A stretch of 64,000 nt of DNA from positions 2,641 through 66,640 of the forward strand of contig CAMDWQ010000011.1 in assembly GCA_945877765.1 (NCBI GenBank), in the 5' to 3' direction. Under the pieces are notes generated by a model, which saw only the letters and a list, made by a program, of their open reading frames with translations, was not told the origin of the DNA and made no database searches. Below are positions 1-8,343 of this stretch, one piece after another. The stretch is from Candidatus Omnitrophota bacterium (GTDB taxonomy: Bacteria; Omnitrophota; Gorgyraeia; 2-02-FULL-51-18). The first letter of the stretch is position 1. Each line of letters starts with the position of its first letter. The translations under genes were made by a program, and so were the position numbers.

Positions 1-231
1 AAGAATTGAAAAAAAGAAAATATTCACCGCACCAAACGCGCGAAACGCCGTGTCTTGAGATCTCAGCGCCTGCGGAGTCATCAACACGGTACAGACCCAT
101 ATTCCAAGCACCCACGAAATACTGACATCTTTAGAGCTCTTACGTTTCATCATATGAAGAATCATCGGAATATTAAAAAACGGCATCACAATGCAGGCCG
201 CCGTTCCGATTTTCTGTATCCACTCATCCAT
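1..231 (-). CDS. small integral membrane protein, truncated by window start (possible PQ-loop-like)
   Basis: Minus-strand ORF from ATG at 231, overlapping the pheT stop in a TAATG context, runs off the window start. Translation MDEWIQKIGTAACIVMPFFNIPMILHMMKRK...LMTPQAL is hydrophobic. Confidence 0.35.
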   Translation of the reverse strand, partial: MDEWIQKIGTAACIVMPFFNIPMILHMMKRKSSKDVSISWVLGIWVCTVLMTPQALRSQDTAFRAFGAVNIFFFSIL

Positions 232-2315
232 TATCTAAACTCGACCGCATAGCGAGATTTAAGATCACGCCCCACGTTTTCCTGAAGCGACTGAATTTCA
301 CTGTCAGTAAAAGTCCCTGTTTCTTTCTGATAAGCCAATGAAAATGCTAAGCTTCGCTTGCCTGGGGCAATATTCCTTCCTATATATTGGTCAAAAAGGA
401 CCACTTCCCTCAAATTTGGCTGAGCGCTCGATTTCATAAGCTCTTGGAGCTCGACCACCGAGATTGTCTCATCCGCAATAAAAGCAAGATCCCGGCGCAC
501 CACAGGAAATTTAGAAACCGGCTTCACCTTACCCGCTAAAAGAGGCCTCGCAAGAATCTCATCTAAAATGATTTCGGCGTAATACCCCTGGTGAGGAATA
601 TCAAAATTTTTCAACACTGCCGCCGACACGCACCCGACCCTTGCCAATAGAAGACCCTCTTGCGAAATATTTACTGTCTGATCCAATCCCATACTTTGAT
701 CGGCATCTTTCCAGCTAGCGTTTTGAGCCCCGATAAACTGCAGTACGTTGGCCACAATTCCTTTTAAATCATAAAATGACGCGTCCGACTTCCGTTGCCA
801 ATTATTTTCAAAAGAGCCGTAAATCAAAAGACCCAGCACCGTCACTTCACGGTTGTCCTGATAACAATTACCGACTTCAAATAGCTTAAGCCCTGCCGCT
901 TTGCGGTGAATATTAAAGACAGCTGCCTCCAACATTCCCGGCAAAAGCAAAGGCCTAAAAAACTCTTGTGCCGCGCTTGTGGTATTGACGACGCGATGCG
1001 CCTTTTCAAGATCAAAACCCGCATCCTTAAGAACCTTCGCCGACATTAAACTATACGTGATAATTTCCGAGAATCCAAGGGCTTCCATGAATTTTTTTAT
1101 TCCAGGGGTCCGTACTGCCTTTAGGCTCTCTGGGCTCGCTATGCCATACCGAGTCGACGGGATCAGCGTAGGGATCTTCTCAAAACCTTCAATGCGGAGA
1201 ATCTCCTCCACCAAATCTTCCTCTTGGCTGATATCGCGTCGATACGAACTCGGTTGGACCAAAATTTTATCTTTCCCAGAAACTTTAGCTGCTATAGAAA
1301 GCGCCTTCAAAATAGCCACTATCCTCTTCTGAGAGACCTTCATCCCCAAAATCTTCTCAACACGGCCGACACGTAAGACAATATCCGCTAGTTTCTTGGT
1401 ACCCAGACTACCCTTTTCAACAAGACCCGAAACCTCCTGCCCCCCCGCCCATTCCAGAATGAGTTCGGAAGCACGTCTTGAAGCGCTAGCCACACCCGCA
1501 GGATCCACCCCACGCTCAAAACGATAGCTCGAATCCGTTGAGATTTTACATTTGCGGGCTGCCTGCCGCACGAGCGCCGGGTCAAAATAAGCGGCTTCTA
1601 AAAGAACGTTCTTGGTTGCGTGTGTCACTTCAGTAAGTTTGCCGCCAATCACACCGGCAATGGCAATCGCCCGCTCGACATCCGCCACAACAAGTGTCTT
1701 TTCATCTAACGTATATTCAATGCCGTCAATTCCCAGAAATTTTTCACCCTTACGGGCATACCGCACAATAATCTTAGCGCCCTTAATCTTGTCAAAATCA
1801 AACGCATGCAACGGCTGTCCCGATTCAAACAACACAAAATTGGTCGCATCCACCACGTTGGAAATAGCCCGTGTGCCCGTCAACTCAAGAAGCTCTTTGG
1901 CTTCTAGTGGCGACGATTTCACCGTCACATTCTGTATCAACCGGCCGGTGTAAAGCGGACAGGCTTTTTTGTCTTCGATGGTAATACCAAATGTCATTCC
2001 CGAATGTTTTAACCGGGAATCATGTCTGGTTTGGTCCCTCGACTTGGCTCGGGATGGCTTTGCCTTTTCTTTATTTTTATAAGCAGATGGCAAAGTCACT
2101 TTCTTTCCCGTCAGTGCCGACATCTCATGTGCCAACCCCAAAATCGAAAGACAATCCGGCCGATTCGTCGTCACCTCAAGCTCGATGACAACCTCGTCCC
2201 CTTTTTTCTCAACCGCCTCGACTTTGGTACCTGACATCGTAAGCATCTCTTCCAGCTTTTCTGCGGAGAGATTGCACTCGATGTATTTTTTTAACCAGCG
2301 AATGGGAAGTTTCAT
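231..2315 (-). CDS. pheT: phenylalanine--tRNA ligase beta subunit
   Basis: 694-aa ORF with PheT-like N-terminal tRNA-binding and B3/4 regions (NRPDCLSILGLA, ACPLYTGR); adjacent to pheS. Confidence 0.9.
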   Translation of the reverse strand: MKLPIRWLKKYIECNLSAEKLEEMLTMSGTKVEAVEKKGDEVVIELEVTTNRPDCLSILGLAHEMSALTGKKVTLPSAYKNKEKAKPSRAKSRDQTRHDSRLKHSGMTFGITIEDKKACPLYTGRLIQNVTVKSSPLEAKELLELTGTRAISNVVDATNFVLFESGQPLHAFDFDKIKGAKIIVRYARKGEKFLGIDGIEYTLDEKTLVVADVERAIAIAGVIGGKLTEVTHATKNVLLEAAYFDPALVRQAARKCKISTDSSYRFERGVDPAGVASASRRASELILEWAGGQEVSGLVEKGSLGTKKLADIVLRVGRVEKILGMKVSQKRIVAILKALSIAAKVSGKDKILVQPSSYRRDISQEEDLVEEILRIEGFEKIPTLIPSTRYGIASPESLKAVRTPGIKKFMEALGFSEIITYSLMSAKVLKDAGFDLEKAHRVVNTTSAAQEFFRPLLLPGMLEAAVFNIHRKAAGLKLFEVGNCYQDNREVTVLGLLIYGSFENNWQRKSDASFYDLKGIVANVLQFIGAQNASWKDADQSMGLDQTVNISQEGLLLARVGCVSAAVLKNFDIPHQGYYAEIILDEILARPLLAGKVKPVSKFPVVRRDLAFIADETISVVELQELMKSSAQPNLREVVLFDQYIGRNIAPGKRSLAFSLAYQKETGTFTDSEIQSLQENVGRDLKSRYAVEFR
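1992..2060. repeat. ~70-bp dyad-symmetric intergenic-type repeat (GTCATTCCCGAA family), in-frame copy inside pheT
   Basis: gtcattcccgaatgttttaaccgggaatcatgtctggtttggtccctcgacttggctcggg matches the intergenic repeat family. It encodes the Lys/Arg/Ser-rich stretch PSRAKSRDQTRHDSRLKHSGM of PheT. Confidence 0.7.
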
Positions 2316-3157
2316 TTTTTCTTTATCTTTTTTGCTTCAACCACCATTTTTTTATCATCAGCTTTAACTTTACGCTCCAACTTTTTGATATCTTCTTCCG
2401 CGTGTAAATTTTCAGGCTTAATCCCACTCTTTGCCAATAAGTCCCGAACATCTTTGTTATTTTTTACATGCTCTCCTGAAATGGGGCTCTCGCCTTTCAG
2501 ATCTTTCTTTCTAACGTTAAAGTTAGTTATTTCAGTCGCCAAATCTTTCGCTTTGATGGTGATTGTAGGTAAGAAATCGGCCAACGGACGATTTTCGGGA
2601 ATCCTCATCTTGCTCTTCATTTGTAAAGTCGTATATCCGCCAAATAAGGCCTGATCCCCTTTGCTTCTCATTCTTCCAAAACCCGGGCCATCGACCCCAC
2701 GCTCGTAAACAAGCCCTGAAAGTTCGTTTTCAGTGGTGACTAGCTTTTGTCGCGCGTGAAGTCTTTCGACGAGCTTGATTCGTTCTTGAAGAAGCTCTTG
2801 TTTACGCGTCTGAATAGCAAAATAACTTTGGGCAAAAGCTATAGCTTCTTTCTTCGGGTCGCCATTCTGCGCTATTAAATAACAAGCATAACGAGTCAAC
2901 GCTATATCATCTATTTCCCTCTCACTACCAGACCCCAATAAGACCATTTTGTTGACGTCAACAAAATGGTCTTCTATTCTCTGCCCTGCCTTCCCACAGG
3001 CTAATTTAGCCTTTTCAATGACTTGAACAAAATTTCTCCACTCAGTGTATTCGAGTAACTCTTGTATGTTACGCGCAAACCAAAACTCTATACCCTCTTT
3101 TTCAAAAGCAGCCTGCTCAAAATTTTTGTTTAATTTAATAACTAGCTCTTTTTCCAT
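2312..3157 (-). CDS. dinD: DNA damage-inducible protein D homologue
   Basis: The region WRNF..V...A..AC......H...FV...KMV.LGSG..RE..D..L.RYACYL..QNGDP.K...A.AQ.YFAIQTR.QEL aligns with E. coli DinD. The gene overlaps the pheT start by 4 nt. Confidence 0.75.
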   Translation of the reverse strand: MEKELVIKLNKNFEQAAFEKEGIEFWFARNIQELLEYTEWRNFVQVIEKAKLACGKAGQRIEDHFVDVNKMVLLGSGSEREIDDIALTRYACYLIAQNGDPKKEAIAFAQSYFAIQTRKQELLQERIKLVERLHARQKLVTTENELSGLVYERGVDGPGFGRMRSKGDQALFGGYTTLQMKSKMRIPENRPLADFLPTITIKAKDLATEITNFNVRKKDLKGESPISGEHVKNNKDVRDLLAKSGIKPENLHAEEDIKKLERKVKADDKKMVVEAKKIKKK

Positions 3158-3161
3158 AAAA

Positions 3162-4160
3162 TCAAAACTGCCTCAAAAACCGCAAATCATTTTCAAAAAA
3201 GTGCCGGATATCCTCGACGCCGTATTTGAGCATGGCTAATCTCTCAACACCCATCCCAAAAGCAAACCCTGTATATTTTTCCGAATCAATCTTCACCGAT
3301 TTTAAAACTTGCGGATGCACCATGCCCGCCCCGAGCACTTCCAACCATGAATTTCTAGCCTCCGACCAAATATCAATCTCAGCGCTCGGCTCAGTAAAAG
3401 GGAAAAAATGAGGCCGAAAACGCAGCTTGGTCCCTTTGCCAAAAAACTCCTGCGCGAAAGCAAAGAGGACTCCCTTTAAATGGGCAAAACTTACTCCTTC
3501 ATCGACCATCAACCCTTCGATTTGGTGAAACATAAAAGAATGCGTCGCATCCGTCGCATCGGGACGATATACTTTTCCGGGAGCGATAATTTTAAGCGGC
3601 GGTTTTGTTTTTTCCATCACGCGCACTTGTACCGGCGATGTCTGACTGCGAAGAAGTCTGCCGCTATCAAGATAAAAAGTATCAAAACTGTCTCGCGCTG
3701 GGTGATTGAGCGGAATATTGAGCGCTTCAAAATTATAATACTCCGTCTCCGCCTCAGGCCCCTCGACTAAATCAAATCCCAGATGTCTAAAAATACCAAT
3801 GACTTCATCGATGACCTGCGTGAGCGGATGAAGCGTCCCTGGAGAATAAAACGTGCCTGGCATCGAAGCATCAATTTTTTTGTAGGCGTGGGCAGAGAAA
3901 GTGCCGAGTGTTTTTTGTTTGTCGGAAAAAAGAGACTCGATCGCGTTTTTGACTCGGTTGAGCTCCTGTCCTGCTTCCCGCTTTTTGTCAGAGGGGACCT
4001 GAGACATTTGCGCAGAAACAGCCGCCAAGAGCCCTTTTCGGCCAAGATATTTTATTTTGGCTTCCTCAAAATGCGCGGCTTCCGTCAAAAGCGTAATTTC
4101 TGCCCGAGCCTCAATTTCGATTTTTTTTAAGTCTTCAATCATAATATCCCGTAGATACAT
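3162..4160 (-). CDS. pheS: phenylalanine--tRNA ligase alpha subunit
   Basis: 332-aa ORF with class II aaRS motifs (FRPHFFPFTEPS, GAGMVHP...GFAFGMGVERLAM). Confidence 0.9.
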   Translation of the reverse strand: MYLRDIMIEDLKKIEIEARAEITLLTEAAHFEEAKIKYLGRKGLLAAVSAQMSQVPSDKKREAGQELNRVKNAIESLFSDKQKTLGTFSAHAYKKIDASMPGTFYSPGTLHPLTQVIDEVIGIFRHLGFDLVEGPEAETEYYNFEALNIPLNHPARDSFDTFYLDSGRLLRSQTSPVQVRVMEKTKPPLKIIAPGKVYRPDATDATHSFMFHQIEGLMVDEGVSFAHLKGVLFAFAQEFFGKGTKLRFRPHFFPFTEPSAEIDIWSEARNSWLEVLGAGMVHPQVLKSVKIDSEKYTGFAFGMGVERLAMLKYGVEDIRHFFENDLRFLRQF

Positions 4161-4168
4161 CCCAACAA

Positions 4169-4238
4169 TGTCATTCCCGAATTTTTTAATCGGGAATCAT
4201 GTCTGGTTTGATCCCCGATTAGAGACTTCGGGGATGAC
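4169..4238. repeat. ~70-bp dyad-symmetric intergenic repeat (GTCATTCCCGAA family)
   Basis: tgtcattcccgaattttttaatcgggaatcat...gatccccgattagagacttcggggatgaca lies between pheS and rplT. It consists of two tandem hairpins with outer GTCAT/ATGAC inverted ends. Confidence 0.75.
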
Positions 4239-4305
4239 AGGCGTATAAATACGAAACACCAGGACAAGCACAGCTTGTCTGGTGTTTATATTTAACTAAG
4301 CAAAT

Positions 4306-4653
4306 TTATGCTTTCGCGATATTACAGATTTCGCTGAAAACCTTTTGTTCGCTGTTTGCCAAATCCGCCAGGATCTTGCGATCAATTTCAATCTTGGCTT
4401 TTTTTAGTCCACCGATCAGACGGCTGTAAGTCAGGCCGTTTTCAACAGCGCCCGCGGAAATACGGGTAATCCAGAGTTTGCGAATAACCGACTTCGAATC
4501 GCGGCGATCGCGTGTGGCAAATGCCATCGCGCGCTGAACCGTTTCACGAGCGGTACGGTAAAGCTTACGGCGTCCGCCGACAAATCCTTTAGCGCGTTTT
4601 AAAAATTTTTTCCTGCGTGCGCGACCCGCGGGAACTGTTTTAGCTTTAGGCAT
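4306..4653 (-). CDS. rplT: 50S ribosomal protein L20
   Basis: 115-aa ORF MPKAKTVPAGRARRKKFLKRAKGF...; bL20 signature. Confidence 0.95.
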   Translation of the reverse strand: MPKAKTVPAGRARRKKFLKRAKGFVGGRRKLYRTARETVQRAMAFATRDRRDSKSVIRKLWITRISAGAVENGLTYSRLIGGLKKAKIEIDRKILADLANSEQKVFSEICNIAKA

Positions 4654-4843
4654 ACGGCAACAATCTCCTTATTTGCTTTTCAAATGTCTTCGCGACAAAA
4701 TCGCCTTTTCTGAGCTGGCGCTTGCGCTTTGACGACTTGTGGTTTAATAGATGCCTTTTACCGGCACGCATCTTTTTGAATTTGCCGCTCTTCGTTTTCC
4801 GCAAACGTTTAGCGGTAGATCGGTTTGTTTTTAACTTTGGCAT
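4646..4843 (-). CDS. rpmI: 50S ribosomal protein L35
   Basis: 65-aa basic ORF MPKLKTNRSTAKRLRKTKSGKFKK; overlaps the rplT start. Confidence 0.9.
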   Translation of the reverse strand: MPKLKTNRSTAKRLRKTKSGKFKKMRAGKRHLLNHKSSKRKRQLRKGDFVAKTFEKQIRRLLPYA

Positions 4844-4856
4844 TTTTCCCTTTCGT

Positions 4857-4928
4857 TGTCATTCCCGCGAAAGCGGGAATCAAACCATTATTTGTTATGA
4901 TCCCCGATTAAAAATTTCGGGGATGACG
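4857..4928. repeat. dyad-symmetric intergenic repeat, GCGAAAGC-loop variant
   Basis: tgtcattcccgcgaaagcgggaatca...gatccccgattaaaaatttcggggatgac between rpmI and infC. Confidence 0.75.
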
Positions 4929-4935
4929 CGTCGCG

Positions 4936-5391
4936 TCATTTAGGCATGATGATCATCGTGATCATCTTACCCTCGAGCACTGGCATTCTTTCGATTTCAC
5001 CCAGAGGGGCGATATCCTGTGCCAGACGCTCCAATACTTTTCTGCCTTTGTCCACGTAGTTCATCTCGCGTCCGCGAAACACCATCGTGATTTTGGCCTT
5101 GTCCCCTTCTTTAAGAAAACGCTCGATGCTATGAAGCTTCACCTGATAGTCGTTTTCCTCGATGAAAGGATGATACTTCACCTCTTTTAGGTGAATCACT
5201 TTCTGCTTCTTCCGGGCTTCCTTTTCCTTCTTCTCTTGGTCGTACTTAAACTTGCTGAAGTCCATGATGCGGCAGACGGGCGGTACGGCCGCTCCGGCGA
5301 CTTCGACCAAATCAAGCTCAGCTTCTCGTGCCATTTGAAGTGCAGCCTGCACGGTGACTACACCGGCCTGATTTCCATTATGATCGATCAA
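4936..5391 (-). CDS. infC: translation initiation factor IF-3
   Basis: ORF ...EVKYHPFIEENDYQVKLHSIERFLKEGDKAKITMVFRGREM... has IF-3 N- and C-domains. The true start is probably a non-AUG codon upstream, as is usual for infC. Confidence 0.85.
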   Translation of the reverse strand: MIDHNGNQAGVVTVQAALQMAREAELDLVEVAGAAVPPVCRIMDFSKFKYDQEKKEKEARKKQKVIHLKEVKYHPFIEENDYQVKLHSIERFLKEGDKAKITMVFRGREMNYVDKGRKVLERLAQDIAPLGEIERMPVLEGKMITMIIMPK

Positions 5392-5476
5392 CCGGACTTG
5401 AGGGACCCGGATCCCCTCATTGATACGCGTTTTATCCTTTGAAATGAAAAACCTCCTGTGTTTATTCGTTACGTTC

Positions 5477-5538
5477 TGTCATCCTCGCGAAAGCGGGGAT
5501 CTGTTTTAGTACGGATTCCCGCTTTCACGGGAATGACA
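5477..5538. repeat. dyad-symmetric intergenic repeat, GCGAAAGC-loop variant
   Basis: tgtcatcctcgcgaaagcggggatc...gattcccgctttcacgggaatgaca between infC and thrS. Confidence 0.75.
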
Positions 5539-5544
5539 TTTTTT

Positions 5545-7290
5545 TTAAATTTTTGCCTGCAGTTCGCTGTTTGTTCTTTTTAAAAAATCCTCAAGTGCCA
5601 TCGGGCCCAAATCACCCAGTACCCTGGACCGCACCGCTATTTTTTCAGCCTGAATTTCTTTGTCACCCAAAACAATCATGTAGGGTATTTTTTCCGTCTG
5701 TGCAGTGCGAATTCTAGACCCCAGCGTATCGGAGGGGGATAAAATTTCACAACGTAACCCAGCCGTCTTGAGCTCCCCTAAAATTTTTTCCGCAAATGCC
5801 TGATGCGTGTCTTTCACCGGAATCAAACTGACCTGCACCGGACTCAGCCACAAAGGCAGCGCTCCCGCATAATGCTCTAATAGCGTCCCCATGAAGCGCT
5901 CGACACTTCCCAAGATCGCTCGGTGCAACATCACCGGCCGATGCTTGTTCCCATCCGACCCTGTATATTCTAAATCAAAACGCTCCGGAAGTGCAAAATC
6001 ACATTGAATCGTACTGCACTGCCACGAACGCCCCAAAGCGTCCTTAATCTTGATATCAATCTTGGGCCCGTAAAAAGCACCCTCGCCTTCACAGATTTTA
6101 TAAACGACATTCTTCGAATCCAAAGCACCTTTAAGGGCCCCCGTCGCCCGGTCCCAGTCCAAATCCGTCCCAATCGACCCCTCGGGCCGTGTACTGATTT
6201 CAATTTCTCTCTCTTTAAACCCAAAAGTATCCAGCGTATAGAATACAAAATCTACCACGCGCTCAATTTCTTCCTGAAGCGCATCCGGCATGCAAAAAAT
6301 ATGCGCGTCATCCTGGGTAAAATTCCGCACGCGCAAAAGCCCATGCAATACTCCCGATTTTTCATTGCGGCAGACATTTCCCAATTCAAAAAATCGTAGC
6401 GGCAGATCACGATAACTGCGAATCTTGGTCTTAAAAATCAGCATGTGCCCCGGGCAATTCATGGGCTTGATCGCGTACTCTTTTTCGTCCTCGGTCTTAA
6501 AAATAAACATGTTTTCTTTATAATGCGAATAATGCCCCGACTTGATCCACACATCGCTCTTCAAAATCTGCGGCCCGATGACAAATTGGTAATCGCGCTT
6601 CAAATGCTCTTCTTTGACAAATTGCTCGATCAAGTGCCGCAGGAAAGCCCCTTTGGGATGATAAAAAATAAGCCCCGGCCCGCCGTCTTCCTGAATCGAA
6701 AAAAAGTCTAATTCTTTCCCAATTTTCCGGTGATCGCGTTTCTTGGCTTCTTCGCGGACACGGATAAACTCATCGAGTTCATTTTTTGAAAAATAGGCGG
6801 TGCCGTAGATCCTTTGCATCATCTGATTTTTCGCATCGCCCTTCCAATAGGCTCCTGCGATGCTTGTGAGCTTGAAAGCTTTGATCAACCCAGTCGAGTC
6901 CGCGTGCGGATATTTGCAAAGATCGCAGAATTCGCCGTCAGTGACGATCGAAAGCTCCTGCCCTTTGGCAGACAGCTCGTCGATGACTTCGCATTTTAAT
7001 GTTTCATTTTTAGCGCTAAAGATCGATTTGGCTTCTGCGGGTGAAACCATTTTTTTCTCGAAAGGGAAATTGGATCTGATAATTTTATCCATTTCCTTTT
7101 CGATACCCTTCAACGCCTCTTCACTCAGTGGCTCGGGCAACACAATGTCATAATAAAATCCCTCTTCCACCGGCGGCCCAAATCCAAGCTTGGCATTGGG
7201 ATAGATCCGTTTCACCGCCTGCGCAAGTACATGCGAACAGCTGTGGCGTAATTTATCGAGGTCGGTGTATTGTTTGACGATTTTTGTCAT
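5545..7290 (-). CDS. thrS: threonine--tRNA ligase
   Basis: 581-aa class II aaRS with ThrRS motifs (HRAILGSVERF, CPGHMLIF, FRDLPLRF). Confidence 0.9.
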   Translation of the reverse strand: MTKIVKQYTDLDKLRHSCSHVLAQAVKRIYPNAKLGFGPPVEEGFYYDIVLPEPLSEEALKGIEKEMDKIIRSNFPFEKKMVSPAEAKSIFSAKNETLKCEVIDELSAKGQELSIVTDGEFCDLCKYPHADSTGLIKAFKLTSIAGAYWKGDAKNQMMQRIYGTAYFSKNELDEFIRVREEAKKRDHRKIGKELDFFSIQEDGGPGLIFYHPKGAFLRHLIEQFVKEEHLKRDYQFVIGPQILKSDVWIKSGHYSHYKENMFIFKTEDEKEYAIKPMNCPGHMLIFKTKIRSYRDLPLRFFELGNVCRNEKSGVLHGLLRVRNFTQDDAHIFCMPDALQEEIERVVDFVFYTLDTFGFKEREIEISTRPEGSIGTDLDWDRATGALKGALDSKNVVYKICEGEGAFYGPKIDIKIKDALGRSWQCSTIQCDFALPERFDLEYTGSDGNKHRPVMLHRAILGSVERFMGTLLEHYAGALPLWLSPVQVSLIPVKDTHQAFAEKILGELKTAGLRCEILSPSDTLGSRIRTAQTEKIPYMIVLGDKEIQAEKIAVRSRVLGDLGPMALEDFLKRTNSELQAKI

Positions 7291-7658
7291 TTAGAAATAT
7301 ACCGCACCCCTCCGATATTTTTAAAATCTTGGTCTTGCGTCCACAAAACAGCCTCATACAAGCGTGCTGTCGCAAGAATAATACTGTCCGCCAACGGCAA
7401 TTTCAATTCATATCCTAACCGGGCGGCGCTCATCGCTAAATTGGTATCCAAATCAACCACTTGCCCCTGCCGCATGTGAGCGACGGCCTTCAGAGCTGAT
7501 TGCTCATCGCTGGTTTGACGCACTTTTTTAAAAACTTCCGTGATGGTAATTGAAGGCACCAAAAGCTCCGCAACGTTTTCAATCGGCTTCGCAAATACCT
7601 TGGCATTTCTACTTTCGGCAAAAAATTCGAGCCAACCAGAAGAGTCCACTACATTCAT
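7287..7658 (-). CDS. vapC: PIN-domain ribonuclease toxin VapC
   Basis: 123-aa ORF MNVVDSSGWLEFF...DSIILATARLYEAVLWTQDQDF shows the PIN acidic-residue pattern. Its stop overlaps the thrS start in an ATGA context. Confidence 0.75.
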   Translation of the reverse strand: MNVVDSSGWLEFFAESRNAKVFAKPIENVAELLVPSITITEVFKKVRQTSDEQSALKAVAHMRQGQVVDLDTNLAMSAARLGYELKLPLADSIILATARLYEAVLWTQDQDFKNIGGVRYISK

Positions 7659-7861
7659 AGACGGTCTTTTTCTCTTTCGATAGCCGTATCAATCCCCTTC
7701 AAAAATCCACGAAGACTTTTCATGGGTTGAATAGGAATCAATTCAATCCGGTTGTCGTATTCCAGTATTTCCACTTTTTGCCCGGCCTTCAAATGCAAAT
7801 GATTTCGAATTTCTTTGGGTATCACCACTTGAAACTTAGGCGAAATCGTCATGGCGCTCAT
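7655..7861 (-). CDS. vapB: AbrB/SpoVT-family antitoxin VapB
   Basis: 68-aa ORF with QVVIPKEIRNHLHLKAGQKVEI, an AbrB/MazE swapped-hairpin motif; overlaps vapC by 4 nt. Confidence 0.7.
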   Translation of the reverse strand: MSAMTISPKFQVVIPKEIRNHLHLKAGQKVEILEYDNRIELIPIQPMKSLRGFLKGIDTAIEREKDRL

Positions 7862-8156
7862 AAACCCTCCTTTTTCTTTATCGATGGCACTACCGTAATA
7901 CTATATACCAATCGATTGAAAATTTCAATAGCGGGTCTTAGCATTACTTTTAGAAAAAGACTCAAGACCGACTTTCATCAATGCTTCTGATTCACGTGTA
8001 TTTTCGGGATGTTTCTTATAGGCCGTTATATACTGTTTTTCTAGATCAGTGCATTGTTTGGCGATTTTAGACATAATTTATTTAATGCTTAATCCTATTA
8101 TTAATTTCTACTACCCACTGCTTTTTTTCGAGTCTTGTATTGCCTACTCCTAGATA

Positions 8157-8249
8157 CCCGTGACGGGTGGCGCGGAGGGTGGGCGCCCATTGACCCGCAG
8201 GGCGAAGCCTGAGGACGCAATGGGCTCCCGCAGCGACAGGCCCCGTCAC
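8157..8249. repeat. GC-rich ~90-bp hairpin repeat, copy 1 (REP-like)
   Basis: cccgtgacgggtggcgcggagggtgggcgcccattgacccgcagggcgaagcctgaggacgcaatgggctcccgcagcgacaggccccgtcac is a long imperfect hairpin (cccattg/caatggg; gtgacggg/cccgtcac). A second copy lies at 10277-10367. Confidence 0.7.
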
Positions 8250-8262
8250 CACACTAAATACT

Positions 8263-8336
8263 TGGGCAATACAGGACTCGAACCTGTGACCTTTTCCATG
8301 TCAAGGAAACGCTCTAACCAACTGAGCTAATTGCCC
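8263..8336 (-). tRNA. tRNA-Val (GAC)
   Basis: Reverse complement GGGCAATTAGCTCAGTTGGTTAGAGCGTTTCCTTGACATGGAAAAGGTCACAGGTTCGAGTCCTGTATTGCCCA gives a cloverleaf with a 7-bp acceptor stem, TTCGAGT T-loop and anticodon GAC. Confidence 0.8.
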
Positions 8337-8343
8337 TAAAATC

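Noticed and set aside
842-1953. Several ORFs antisense to or overlapping pheT (842-1024, 979-1332, 1388-1585, 1612-1953)
   Set aside because: They lie fully inside the well-supported pheT frame on the opposite strand or in another frame, and no motif was recognised.
5970-6999. Antisense and alternate-frame ORFs inside thrS (5970-6248, 6004-6399, 6445-6711, 6814-6999, 6860-7153)
   Set aside because: They overlap a strongly supported ThrRS frame, and no domain was seen in them.
7925-8074. 49-aa minus-strand ORF (MSKIAKQCTDLEKQYITAYKKHPENTRESEALMKVGLESFSKSNAKTRY) upstream of vapB
   Set aside because: Too short and unsupported by motif or RBS evidence to call. Possibly a small regulatory peptide, but not defensible from sequence alone.
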